Made by a program: the position numbers and the translations under genes
The notes under the pieces: generated by a model
Told to the model about the DNA's origin: nothing
What the model saw: only the letters and a program-made list of their open reading frames with translations
Database searches by the model: none
Part shown: positions 1-10,721 of the stretch, one piece after another
How positions within the stretch are numbered: position 1 is the stretch's first letter
Layout: each line of letters begins with the position of its first letter
From: Chiloscyllium plagiosum
Lineage: Eukaryota
Length of the DNA: 25,097 nucleotides
Assembly: GCF_004010195.1 (NCBI RefSeq)
Contig: NC_057718.1
Span: 91,998,892 to 92,023,988, forward strand
Direction of reading: 5' to 3'

Positions 1-628
1 GGTATGCTTTCCTTTATTGGTCAGAGTATTGAGTACAGGAGTTGGGAAGTCATCATGCGGCTATACAGGACATTGGTTCGGCCATTGTTGGAACATTGTG
101 TGCTATTCTGGTCTCCTTCCTATTGGAAAGATGTTGTGAAACTTGAAAGGGTTCAGAAAAGATTTACAAAGATGTTGCCAGGGTTGGAGGATTTGAGCTG
201 AAGGCAGAGGCTGAACAAACTGGGGCTGTCTTCCCTGGAGCGTTGGAGGCTGAGGGGTGACCTTAGAGGTTTACAAAATTGAGGGGCATGGATAGGATAA
301 ATCGGCGAAGTCATTTCCCTGTGGTTGGGGAGTCCAGAACTAGAGGGCATAGGTTTAGGGTGACAGGGGAAAGATATAAAAGAGACCTACGGGGCAACTG
401 TTTCACGCAGAGGGGGTACGTGTATGGAATGAGCTGCAAGAGGAAGTGGTGGAGGTTGGTACAATTGCAACATTTAAGAGACATTTGGATGGGTATATGA
501 ATAGGAAGGGTTTGGAGGGATACAGGCCGGTTGCTGGCAGGTTGGACTAGGTTGGGTTGGGATATCTGATGGCATGGACAGGTTGGACCGAACAGTCTGT
601 TTCCATGCTGTGCATCTCTATGACTCTA
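1..628 (+). mobile_element. CR1 LINE, 3' end (ORF2 C-terminus and 3' tail); runs off the window's left edge
   Basis: Translates to the CR1 ORF2 C-terminus (LYRTLVRPLLEHCVLFWSP..LERVQKRFTKMLPGL; TRGHRFRV) with stops and frameshifts. Ends in TCTCTATGACTCTA; 448-628 closely matches 6812-6994. Confidence 0.95.
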
Positions 629-659
629 GGAAGAGCTTCAAACATCTGTGTGAAGAGTT

Positions 660-860
660 TTCTTTGTGGGTCACTCTTGATCAAAAATTCAATTGGGCAA
701 ACAAAATAAATGGCTATGGCAACAAATCAGAGAATGGGTATTCTGTAGCAGGTTTCTCACCTTCAATCCCCAAAAGTCTTTCTCCCATTAACATAAATAC
801 TGGCAAACTACAGTGTACTCCATACATTACCTGTAGGCTGCTGTGCAACATCTCACAAAA
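660..860 (+). mobile_element. Highly degenerate fragment of a second, older CR1-group LINE family (called family B here)
   Basis: WVTLDQKFNWANKIN resembles GVTIDWKFNWICNL encoded at 18036-18392 (-); downstream DNA also resembles that copy. Confidence 0.55.
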
Positions 861-1369
861 ACTTTTCCTGCAACATGTCCCATAGATAGTTCCAAGTTTT
901 ATGACCTAAATGTTTAAAGTGCAATTATCCAGACTTTACTGGTCCATTATTGAGCAGAGGGGAAGAGGATGAAAAACTAATAGACATTCTGTGCACAAAT
1001 TATGAAAAAAAATGCTTTTCTGAAATGCACTTCCATTGAATGCACAGATATGCAGTCAAACGTTCATCTTTTTGATTCTAATTTATATCAATAAACTTCA
1101 TACCTTGGTAATAAAATATTTCAGTTTATTATAAACCACAACTTGTTATCCTGTATATTTCACAAACCTACGTAACTTTCATTTTAAAATAAGTTTTTAC
1201 TTTCAAGCAGAGACAAAGGCTAAACACTGATCTTACAACTGACCAAAATATTTGCTCAAATGTTTTATTACTACATTAGTTATTTTTTAGTACTATGTTA
1301 GACAAATGAATGTCCATTTTGCTACATTCCCACCTCCGATGCCCTGCTGATTAAGTGATGCATTCGCAG

Positions 1370-1900
1370 TAACAACTCTTTCATAGCATTTACTGCATAG
1401 TAAATGCCCCAAAGTGCTTTGTCATCAAATGTTGACACCAAGCCATATTAGGGCAGGTGACCAAAACGTAATCAGAGAAAGGGTTTAAAGAATATAAGGA
1501 TGTGATTGAGACGCAAATTTAATATGGTAGAAAATTACGTAGGTTTGTGCAAGTAGCTTTAAACATGACCCCAATCTTGTGATGACTGAAATTTTCCAGA
1601 ATTTTAGAATTGGAAGAATCTACAAATCTCAGAGTTTATGGCTTGGAAGAGGTGACATAGATAAAGAGGGTTGAAAATAAAGATAGCTCTAAAACAGACT
1701 TTGTCTGATCAAGAACCAAAGCTGGTCAGTGAGCACAGTGACAAGTTAAGAAGACTGAATGTAAGCTCTGAAGCAGTTAGCACAGTTTTCAGTTAGTTTT
1801 TTTTTGGGGTGGGAGGGGTGGGGGAGGTGTGGGCGAAGAAACCAGGGGACATGTTAGAAGTTGGAAGCAGAATGATTTGCTTAAGGTGGAAAATACTGGA
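1370..1900 (-). mobile_element. Ancient L2-like LINE 3' remnant
   Basis: Motifs such as CCCAAAGTGCTTT, TTGACACCAAGCCA, GGCAGGTGACCAAAA and GGTCAGTGAGCACAG resemble the antisense 3' end of shark L2 elements as I recall them; no ORF remains. Confidence 0.5.
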
Positions 1901-1911
1901 ATTAGATATGA

Positions 1912-1974
1912 TTCGGAGATGCCGGTGTTGGACTGGGGTGTACAAAGTTAAAAATCACACAACACCAGGTGTTG
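1912..1974 (-). mobile_element. Short Penelope-derived tail insertion with a 15-bp target-site duplication
   Basis: Flanked by exact TGGAATTAGATATGA at 1897-1911 and 1975-1989; terminal inversion CACAACACC-A-GGTGTTGTG at 1958-1976. The Penelope assignment comes from recall of a shark repeat tail. Confidence 0.7.
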
Positions 1975-2042
1975 TGGAATTAGATATGACATTCAAAAGG
2001 GAATATGCAGGTTTTGGGACATGTTGTTCCACAATATTGTCT

Positions 2043-2380
2043 GCAGTATCACTGGATTTGTAACCAGAGACCCAAGTTAACATTTGGGGGCATATGTTCA
2101 AATCTCAGCATGAGAGCTGGTGAAACTTAAATCAGTTAATAAAATCTGGAACATAAAGCTAGTCTCAGTAATGATGACCATGACAACTATCATCAATTAC
2201 TGCAAAAAGTCCATCTGGTTCAATAATATCCTTGAGAGAAAATTTGCTGTTCTTATCTCATGTGCCTGATGCGCAATTCCAGACCCACAGTAATGCAGTT
2301 GACTCTTATCTAAACTCAAACAGTCTAACAAGCCATTCAGTTCAAGGTTAATTAAGCATAGATACCAAATATTGGCCTTA
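2043..2380 (+). mobile_element. Old tRNA-derived SINE
   Basis: B-box-like GTTCAAATC at 2096-2104; body resembles a common shark SINE; 3' tail 2342-2378 aligns 24/37 ungapped with the reverse complement of the LINE tail at 21108-21144. Confidence 0.65.
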
Positions 2381-2607
2381 CATATTGTTAGTTAGTTTCA
2401 GTGACAAGTATGAACTTTGGAAAAGATGATTAGTAGAAACAGATGAGAAGCCTTCAGGGACTGGTGTTTAAAAAAAAGCATCTGTGAGGTAAGCAGCACT
2501 TAACGGGTGAAAATAAGCAAACCTGACCTTGAATTGCGCATTAGACGTGCAGTTCATTTCAAGCTCAAGTGAGCACAAAATCTGTGTATGTATCATTTCG
2601 TCCCAGA

Positions 2608-2828
2608 GGACCAGCTTAAAAATACGGGGTAGACCATTTAGGACAGAGATGAGCGGCTGTGTGGAATGCTCTGCCCCAGAGGGCAGTGAAGGCCCAGTCT
2701 CTGGATTCATTTAAGAAAGAGTTGGATAGAGCTCTCAAGGATAGTGGAATCAAGGGTTATGGAGATAAGGCAGGAACAGGATACTGATTAAGGATGATCA
2801 GCCATGATCATATTGAATGGTGGTGCTT
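2608..2828 (+). mobile_element. CR1 3' fragment, left part, interrupted by the full-length CR1
   Basis: SLKIRGRPFRTEM..WNALPQRAV..FKKELDRAL-type coding remnant, followed by the 3'UTR GATCAGCCATGATCATATTGAATGGTGGTGC. Confidence 0.85.
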
Positions 2829-3060
2829 GGCCTCCACATGTAGCCAAGATGGAGGACGGGAAAAATTTCTGGCTGTAAGAGCTGCTCCTTTTTTTGAGGT
2901 ATTTTAGTTGTTGCAGGGGATTTCCTCGAATCCCAGGAGCAGCAATTACTGTTTTATATGCTGTTGCATTGTTTTGGAACTTTGGAAAAAAAAGTCAAAA
3001 CAACAGCAGTTTAAAAGGGAGAAGTGCAGACAAAGGAAGCACATGGTGAGGACAGTGCAA

Positions 3061-3080
3061 GAGAGAGAGAGAGAGAGAGA
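3061..3080. repeat. (GA)10 microsatellite in the CR1 5'UTR
   Basis: gagagagagagagagagaga. Confidence 0.95.
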
Positions 3081-3426
3081 AAACCTGCACAGTTACCGCC
3101 TTTGCTGTTTGAATTCGTGTATCACTGGACATCGGAGTGCATCTGGGAAAATTAACAAACAGTGAAATACACAACTAATCTTGGAGGAACTGTTGGGCGA
3201 AGTTCACAGCACAGAATCAGATAAGTTAGTTGTTGTTTGAAGTCTGTCCAAGAGAAAGGCTGCAGTAGTGGGTACAGTGGATTCTTTCTTGATTATATGT
3301 TTTTGTAGATAAGTCTCTTGATTAAACTTAAAATATAAGCCATAGCTATTAATTTAACCTGTGGCAGTGTTTGTAGAGGAAAAAGACGGTGTTATTTTCT
3401 GGGTCTGTAGATTGTGAAGAGCAAAA

Positions 3427-4249
3427 ATGGCCTTTACAGTGATATATACTTCTTGTCAGATGTGGGAGTTTAAAGAAAGTTTAAGGGTTACTGCGGATTA
3501 TATCTGCCATAAATGCTGTTGGATGCGAATCTTATCAGATCAAGTGGATCGGTTAGAGAGATAAATAGAAGCGATGAGGAATTTGCAACAGTATGTGATG
3601 GATGGCAGTTATCGAAAGGGGGAAAGTGTCAGATACAGTCACATAGATGGGTTAACTCGAGGAAGGGTAAGACAGGTGGGCAACTAGAGCAGGAGTCTTT
3701 TGTGGATTTACCCATTTCAAAGAGGTATGCTGTTTTGGAAAATGTAGGGGGTGATGGATTCTCAGGGGAATGTNNNNNNNNNNNNNNNNNNNNNNNNNNN
3801 NNNNNNNNNNNNNNNNNNNNNNNNNNNNNNNNNNNNNNNNNNNNNNNNNNNNNNNNNNNNNNNNNNNNNNNNNNNNNGGGTGCAGAATATTCTCACGGGG
3901 GAGAGGGGCCAGCAAGAGGTCATTGTCCACATTGGAACCAACAACATTGGAAGGGAAAAGGTTGAGACTCTGAAGGGAGATTGGAGAGAGTTAGGCAGAA
4001 ATTTAAAAAGGAGGTCCTCAAGGGTAGTAATATCTGGATTACTCCCAGTGCTACAAGCTAGTGAGGGCAGGAATAAGAGGATAGAGCAGATGAAAGCATG
4101 ACTGAGGAGCTGGTGTATGGGAGAAGGATTCACATTTTTGGATCATTGGAATCTCTTTTGAGAGAGAAGTGACCTGTATAAGAAGGACAGAATGCACCTA
4201 AATTGGAAGGGAAATTTTCTAGAACTGCGTGGGAGGATTTAAACTAGTA
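3427..4249 (+). pseudogene. CR1 ORF1 (Cys-rich/leucine-zipper N-terminus plus SGNH esterase), disrupted
   Basis: ATG at 3427 gives MAFTVIYTSCQMWEF..DYICHKC; later VIVHIGTNN, VVISGLLPV and DLYKKDRMHLN esterase motifs; in-frame stops. Confidence 0.9.
3774..3877. other. Assembly gap (104 N)
   Basis: Run of N. Confidence 1.
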
Positions 4250-4359
4250 AGGTGCGGGGGGGAACCCAGGGAGATAGTGAGGAAAGAGATCGATCTGAGA
4301 CGGGTACAGCTGAGAACAGAAGTGAATCAAACAGTCAAGGCAGGCGGGGACAAGGTAGG

Positions 4360-6914
4360 ACTAATAAATTAAACTGCATTTATTTCAATGCAAGGGGCCT
4401 AACAGGGAAGGCAGATGAACTCAGGGCATGGTTAGGAACATGGAACTGGGATATCATAGCAATTATGAAACATGGCTCAGGGATGGGCAGGACTGGCAGT
4501 TGAATGTTCCAGGATACAAATGCTACAGGAAGAAGGATAGAAAAGGAGGCAAAAGAGGAGGGGGAGTGGTGTTTTTGCTAAGGGATAGCATTACAGCTGT
4601 GCTGAGGGAAGATATTCCTGGAAATACATCCAGGGAAGTTATTTGGGTGGAACTGAGAAATAAGAAAGGGATGATCACCTTATTGGGATTGTATTATAGA
4701 CCCCCCAATAGTCAGAGGGAAATTGAGAAACAAACTTGTAAGGAGATCTCAGCTATCTGTAAGAATAATAGGGTAGTTATAGTAGGGGATTTTAACTTTC
4801 CAAACATCGACTGCGACTGCCGCAGTGTTAAAAGTTTAGATATAGAGGTATTTCTTAAGTGTGTAAAAGACAATTTTCTGATTCAGTTTGTGGATATACC
4901 GACTAGAGAAGGTGCAAAACTTGACCTACTCTTGGGAAATAAGGCAGGACAGGTGACTGAGGTGTCAGTGGGGGAGCACTTTGGGGCCAGCAACCATAAT
5001 TCTATTCGTTTTAAAATAGTGATGGAAAAGGATAGACCAGATCTAAAACTTGAAGTTCTAAATTGGAGAAAGGCCAATTTTGACGGTATTAGGCAAGAAC
5101 TTTCAAAAGCTGATTGGAGGCAGATGTTCGCAGGTAAAGGGACAGCTGGAAAATGGGAAGCCTTCAGAAATGAGATAACAAGAATCCAGAGAAAGTATAT
5201 TCCTGCTAGGGAGAAAGGGAAGGCTGGTAGGTATAGGGAATGCTGGATGACTAAAGGAATTGAGAGTTTGGTTTAGAAAAAGAAGGAAGCATATGTAAGG
5301 TACAGACAGGATAAATCAAGTGAATCCTTAGAAGAATATAAAGAAAGTAGGAGTATACTTAAGAGGAAAATCAGGAAGGCAAAATGGGGACATGGGATAG
5401 GTTTGGCAAATAGAATTAAAGAGAATCCAAACGGTTTTTACAAATATATTAAGGACAAACGGGTTAACTGGGGAGAGAATAGGGCCCCTCAAAGATCAGC
5501 AAGGCAGCCTTTGTGTGGAGCCACAGAAAATGGGGGAGATACTAAATGAATATTTTGCATCAGTATTTACTGTGGAAAAGGATATGGAAGATATAGATTG
5601 TAGGGAAATAGATAGCGACATCTTGCAAAATGTCCAGGTTAGAGAGGAGGAAATGCTGGATGTCTTGAAACAGTTAAAGATGGATAAATCCCCAGGACCT
5701 GATCAGGTGTACCCTAGAACTCGGAGGGAAGCTAGAGAAGTGATTGCTTGGCCTCTTGCTGAGATATTTGTATCATCGATTGTCACAGGTGAAATGCCGG
5801 AAGACTGGAGGTTGGCTAATGTGTTGCCACTGTTTAAGAAGGGTGGTAAGGACAAGCCAGGGAACTATAGACCAGTGATCCTGACCTCGGTGGTGGGCAA
5901 GTTGTTGGAGGGAATCCTGAGGGACAGGATGTACATCTATTTGGAAAGGCAAGTGCTGATCAGGCAAAGTCAACATGGCTTTGTGCGTGGGAAATCATGT
6001 CTCACAAACTTGATTGAGTTTTTTTGATGAAGTAACAAAGAAGATTGATGAGGACAGAGCAGTAGATGTGATCTGTATGGACTTCAGTAAGGCGTTCGAC
6101 AAGGTTCCCCATGGGAGACTGATTAGCAAGGTTAGATCTCATGGAATAAAGGGAGAACTAGCCATTTGGATACAGAACTGGCTCAAAGGTAGAAGACAGA
6201 GGGTGGTGGTGGAGGATTGTTTTTCAGATTGGAGGCCTGTCACCAGTGGAGTGCCACAAGGATCGATGCTGGGTCCACTACCTTTTGTCATTTATATAAA
6301 CGATTTGGATGCAAGCATAAGAGGTACAGTTAGTAAGTTTGCAGATGACACCAAAATTGGAAGTGTAGTGGACAGCGAAGAGGGTTACCTCAGATTACAA
6401 CAGGATCTTGACCAGATGGGCCAATGGGCTGAGAAGTGGCAGATGGAGTTTAATTCAGATAAATGTGAGGTGCTGCATTTTGGGAAAGCAAATCTTAGCA
6501 GGACTTATACACTTAATGGTAAGGTCCTAGGGAGTGTTGCTGAACAAAGAGACCTTGGAGTGCAGGCTCATAGCTCCTTGAAAGTGGAATCGCAGGTAGA
6601 TAAGATAGTGAAGAAGGNNNNNNNNNNNNNNNNNNNNNNNNNNNNNNNNNNNNNNNNNNNNNNNNNNNNNNNNNNNNNNNNNNNNNNNNNNNNNNNNNNN
6701 NNNNNNNNNNNNNNNNNNNNNNNNNNNNNNNNNNNNNNNNNNNNNNNNNNNNNNNNNNNNNNNNNNNNNNNNNNNNNNNNNNNNNNNNNNNNNNNNNNNN
6801 NNNNNNNNNNNGGTGGAGGCTGGTACAATTGCAACATTTAAGAGGCATTTGGATGGGTATATGAATAGGAAGGGTTTGGAGGGATATGGGCCAGGTGCTG
6901 GCAGGTGGGACTAG
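4360..6914 (+). pseudogene. CR1 ORF2 (APE endonuclease plus reverse transcriptase), disrupted
   Basis: CIYFNARGL, ETWL, YYRPP, GDFNFP (APE); KSPGPD, NYRPV, QHGF..GKSCLTNL, DFSKAFDKVPH, SGVPQGS, FADDTK (RT); split by frameshifts and stops. Confidence 0.95.
6618..6811. other. Assembly gap (194 N)
   Basis: Run of N. Confidence 1.
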
Positions 6915-6995
6915 ATTGGGTTGGGATATCTGGTCGGCATGGATGGGTTGGACCGAAGGGTCTGTTTCCATGCCGTACATCTCTATGACTCTATG

Positions 6996-7029
6996 GCAGA
7001 ATGGCCTACTCCTGCACCTATTGTCTATT
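6996..7029 (+). mobile_element. CR1 3' tail, right part of the element at 2608-2828
   Basis: GCAGAATGGCCTACTCCTGCACCTATTGTCTATT is the usual continuation of the 3'UTR that breaks off at 2828. Confidence 0.8.
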
Positions 7030-7840
7030 CAGTCGCAAAATATTAGAAGGCAGCTATAACCAAGGGTCAAGGTACAAATGTCAGGAAACACTTTTATGGG
7101 GAGAAGTGTGCTGACTCATCTGTAATTTTACATTGGTAAGTAGCAAAGCCACACTAACTTGGAGAAGTTGAGTCTGGTAGTGGAAAAGAAAAGCCAAATG
7201 TCACTGCGCATCATAATTCTTTTGAGAAATGCTAAATTGGGGACTGCAATTGAGACTGAAGAATGAAAATAGATTAATCGGAGGCAGAAGTTACTCTTAG
7301 TTACTATTGAAGAACAAGGGTTTAGATCTAGAGCCAATATTAACATACAAACTGCCACAGAGGTTACATTTACAAATAAAAATTGCAGAGAAAAACATAA
7401 ATACCTAAGCTTGAATTAAGTAGCAGCTTGCAAATGGTGGCCAGATTCCAAGGTCTGCCTGCCAAAAAGCAAGAGATCTAGCTGTGCTTAAAGAGGTCAG
7501 GGTTTGATTTGTGGTTAAAAAATTAGACTGCACTTGTCTAGCAAGGATAGACCTGGTGTCAGCTCATGGTCAGTCAGTGGTTTGGAACCTGTTTTGAAAG
7601 AAGGGTTTCATGCTGTTACAACTTTCTGTAGCTAAATCAGTGGTTATAATTTTCAAACTTGCACTCACTCACGCTGAGGCAATAGAAAAATCCAATCTTT
7701 TACAGTCCCTACATAGGCAGATAACACACCAGTTATTGTAGTATTCTAATTGCAAATAATACATACCCTAACCTAACCTTCTGTTGACAGTCATTCTGGA
7801 GACTACCAGTGTAGGACTACAATTAATTAATAAATTTTAT

Positions 7841-8804
7841 TGTTATGACACGGGATAAACCCCTTTGCTAATTTAAACCGACCACACAGAAAAGCTTATC
7901 TCATGCCATAACCTGTTAAATTTCGAAAGGCAAAGAGCTATTCTACATTTCACTATTTAAGGTATAAATTAACAATTTTATTCTTTAAGTCCTACAGAGA
8001 ACATTAAACAACAACTATTTACAATTGCTTTCTCTTAAAGCTATCTTTTACCTCCTATTTTATTTAAATGCAGCACCTCACATTTATCTGAATTAAACTC
8101 CATCTGCCACTTCTCAGCCCATTGGCCCATCTGGTCAAGATACTGTTGTAGTCTGAGGTAACCCTCTTCGCTGTCCAGTACACCTCCAATTTTGGTGTCA
8201 TCTGCAAACTTACTAACTGTACCTCTTATGCTTGCATCCAAATCATTTATGTAAATGACAAAAGGTAGTGGACTCAGCACCGATACTTGTGGCACTCCAC
8301 TGGTCCTATTAAATAAACCTCAATTAAGATTTACAGAAAAGTAATCATGTTTCAAAACCAGCCAACTTTGCACATTCACCTTTGTAGATTTTCCTCTGTG
8401 GAAATTCCCTTATGTTTCTGGGTTGTCCTTTTACTCGGTCTTCTGCTGCACAACTTTTCTTATGGACAGGTACTTTTCAAAGAGCCATTCAGCTAGCAGT
8501 CTGTACTTGATGGTGCTCTTTGCTGTTCTCTTGTTAACTGTTCAAAATGACCAGCTTTATATCCCAAAATATCAAATCATTTCATTGGTTTGATGTTATC
8601 CCAAACAATAAAATTCAAATTAGATAGGATTTTCGTATCTCGGGCAGAATTTAAACTGATTGGCTGAATTTGATTTGTTTTTGTTCCATGGCAACGCAAG
8701 GCCAGCAGTTTGTTTCAACCAAATGTTACATTTTTAAATTGTTCAGGACACTGTGTTTTCAAGTTCGTCCTTGCCAGCTTCCTCTCTCCTCCACCTTCAT
8801 AACA
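7841..8804 (-). mobile_element. Candidate solo LTR
   Basis: Termini TGTTATGA...TCATAACA form an 8-bp perfect inverted repeat with TG..CA ends. Minus strand has CCAAT (8663-8659, 8588-8584), TATAAA (8561-8556) and AATAAA (7982-7977) in LTR order. No clean TSD. Confidence 0.65.
8066..8304 (-). mobile_element. Internal CR1 RT fragment (no 3' tail) inserted in the candidate LTR
   Basis: Reverse complement matches 6242-6480 with about 9 substitutions in 239 bp; encodes FADDTK. Confidence 0.95.
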
Positions 8805-8864
8805 TCTTAAAAAATACGTAGGAACTAGTTTAACCAAGTCAGATACAAAGGATCTGAAGTATTT

Positions 8865-9990
8865 ACAGAGAAACAGGCCATGCCACAATACAGATGTATG
8901 CTAATGTTTATGCTCCACGTTAGTCTCCTCTTACCTTTTATCAGCATTTCCTTTTATTCATTTCTTTCTCATTTACTACCTAATGTGCTCTTAAATATAC
9001 CAGCAGCACCAATCACCTCAACCACTCCCCATGACAGCAAGTTGTCCTCTGGATAAAGGAGGATTTTTTGAAATGGATTCATTTCTTTAATCTTATATTT
9101 ATGGTCTCTACTTCTGTCTGTCAACAAACAAAGCTTCTCTAAATCTGCACTATCGAATCCTTTCATAATCTGTCTTGGTACACCTTAGTCATTGCTTTTC
9201 TGGGGGGGCCAGCTTTTTTCAATCTTTCCTGATTCATTATGATCTCAGTTTTATCATCATCCGTTCAAGTTTTATTTAACTCCTTCACCTGTGCCTTCAT
9301 ACAAAGTCCACTGTACTCTCAAGTGTGGCCTAACCAAGTTTTGATACAAGACTAACATAACTTCAGCCTTTCAAATCTATCCCTCCCAGAGATAAAATCC
9401 CTTGCTTTGTTTTTCATTTAAATAATCTTATTAACCTGCATCACTAATGTTATTTGAGTACCTCACTCCGTTATTTTTTTTTAGGTACTTATTTCCCCAG
9501 CATTATATGACCCTCCTTATTCTTTCATCAAAATGTATACCTTTGTGGGCGGCACGTGGCACAGTGGTTAGCACTGCTGCCTCACAGCGCCAGAGACCCG
9601 GGTTCAATTCCCGCCTCAGGCGACTGACTGTGTGGAGTTTGCACGTTCTCCCAGTGTCTGCGTAGGTTTCCTCCGGGTGCTCCGGTTTCCTCCCACAGTC
9701 CAAAGATGTGCAGGGCCAGGTGAATTGGTCATACTAAATTGCCCGTAGTGTTAGGTAAGGAGTAAATGTAGGGGTATGGGTGGGTTTCGCTTCGGCGGGT
9801 TGGTGTGGACTTGTTGGGCCGAAGGGCCTGTTTCCACACTATAATGTAATCTAATCTAATCTTTCTCAAAAGAAAATGCAGTTACACAAATCTTCTACAA
9901 GTTTATGAATGGATTTGTGTATTTTGTTGCAGTCTTCTTTTGCATTACCCAGTTTTGAAATTGTTTTATCTGATTCCCAAGTCCAAACAG
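8865..9990 (-). mobile_element. Old degenerate CR1 3' portion, interrupted by a SINE
   Basis: Minus-strand MKGFDSADLEKL..SRDHKYKI resembles the CR1 ORF2 C-terminus; tail-like ACAGAGAAACAGGCCA near 8865. Confidence 0.65.
9547..9862 (+). mobile_element. V-SINE (HE1-like), tRNA-derived, full length
   Basis: A box TGGCACAGTGG (9557-9567), B box GGTTCAATTCC (9601-9611), V-domain TGTGTGGAGTTTGCACGTTCTCCC..GGTTTCCTCCGGGTGCTCCGGTTTCCTCCCACAGTCCAAAGA, CR1-like tail GGGCCGAAGGGCCTGTTTCCA, and (TAATC)3 end. Confidence 0.93.
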
Positions 9991-9998
9991 TTTAAATA

Positions 9999-10206
9999 CA
10001 GTCTGTTCTGCTATAATGTGGTAGTTGCGTTCTTGTGCGACCTAATGTTACAGAAAATTGCTCAGAAATAATGGGGCCTATGGGGAAAAAAAACATGGTT
10101 GGGGCGAGCCACCGAAAATATCAGCAAATGCTGGTTACAACCAAACCACAAATACCTTCGAGGTCTTTTACAAGCCATATTATAACTGATAACAGAATCA
10201 TCCTAA
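9999..10206. mobile_element. MITE-like non-autonomous DNA transposon (Tigger/pogo-like), right end decayed
   Basis: Start TA|CAGTCTGTTCTGCTATAA..TGGTAGT is shared with 23055-23080; possible decayed right TIR GATAACAGAAT near 10188-10198. Confidence 0.5.
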
Positions 10207-10721
10207 TAAATTCAGAAAGTACTGCAGAAACCTATGGACAGACAGCATTAATATTTCAAGTCTGGTGTAAGGATTGTGTTAACTCCAAGCTCTGCCCAGT
10301 TGTTCCTCAGTTTTGCCTGCCACACATCTCTCCTTCAGTGAAGAAGGCCTTCGCATATCGCGTGCAGTTGGCTGTGCTACTTTTCGATTAACTAGCAAAT
10401 TTACAACAAACACAGTGACACTTGTGGCTAATGCTCACAGCTTGTTGTAGCATTCTAAATGTGCACCAAATGTGTCCGGTCATTTGCCATTCAAATCTTT
10501 AAACTTTGGATTTTTCAAATGACTGAAAATCGTGAAACAAGCATGTGAATAAAGCATGTTTGGAGGCTTATTGTTAAGAATGTATTCTTAAATAGAAACA
10601 GGCCAAGTCTCAAAGGACACTAGATTCTCTCAAATATTTGGGCTACTGGGAGCTGTTATTCAGTCCTTGCATTGTGTGTGTCTTGGAACGGAAGCCTTTT
10701 AATTTCGAATTACCTTTTCGA

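Larger units (their letters stand above)
2829..6995 (+). mobile_element. Near full-length CR1 LINE (5'UTR, ORF1, ORF2, 3' tail), inactivated
   Basis: About 600-bp 5'UTR, esterase-type ORF1, APE+RT ORF2, and tail CTCTATGACTCTATG ending near 6995; contains two N gaps. Confidence 0.95.

Noticed and set aside
940..1170. Further minus-strand exons (AAG|GTATGA donor near 1103)
   Set aside because: All frames contain stops, the acceptors are weak and the implied intron is too short.
1806..1833. G-quadruplex-capable G-run tract
   Set aside because: Low-complexity run next to a poly-T inside an old repeat; nothing indicates function.
4428..6841. Functional RT/endonuclease genes or a retron-like system
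   Set aside because: These are frameshifted pieces of one CR1 ORF2 in a vertebrate repeat context.
9547..9620. tRNA gene
   Set aside because: The A and B boxes run straight into a V-domain and a LINE-like tail; this is a SINE head.
10035..10391. 118-aa ORF
   Set aside because: Starts at a non-ATG codon inside a MITE remnant and has no recognisable motif.
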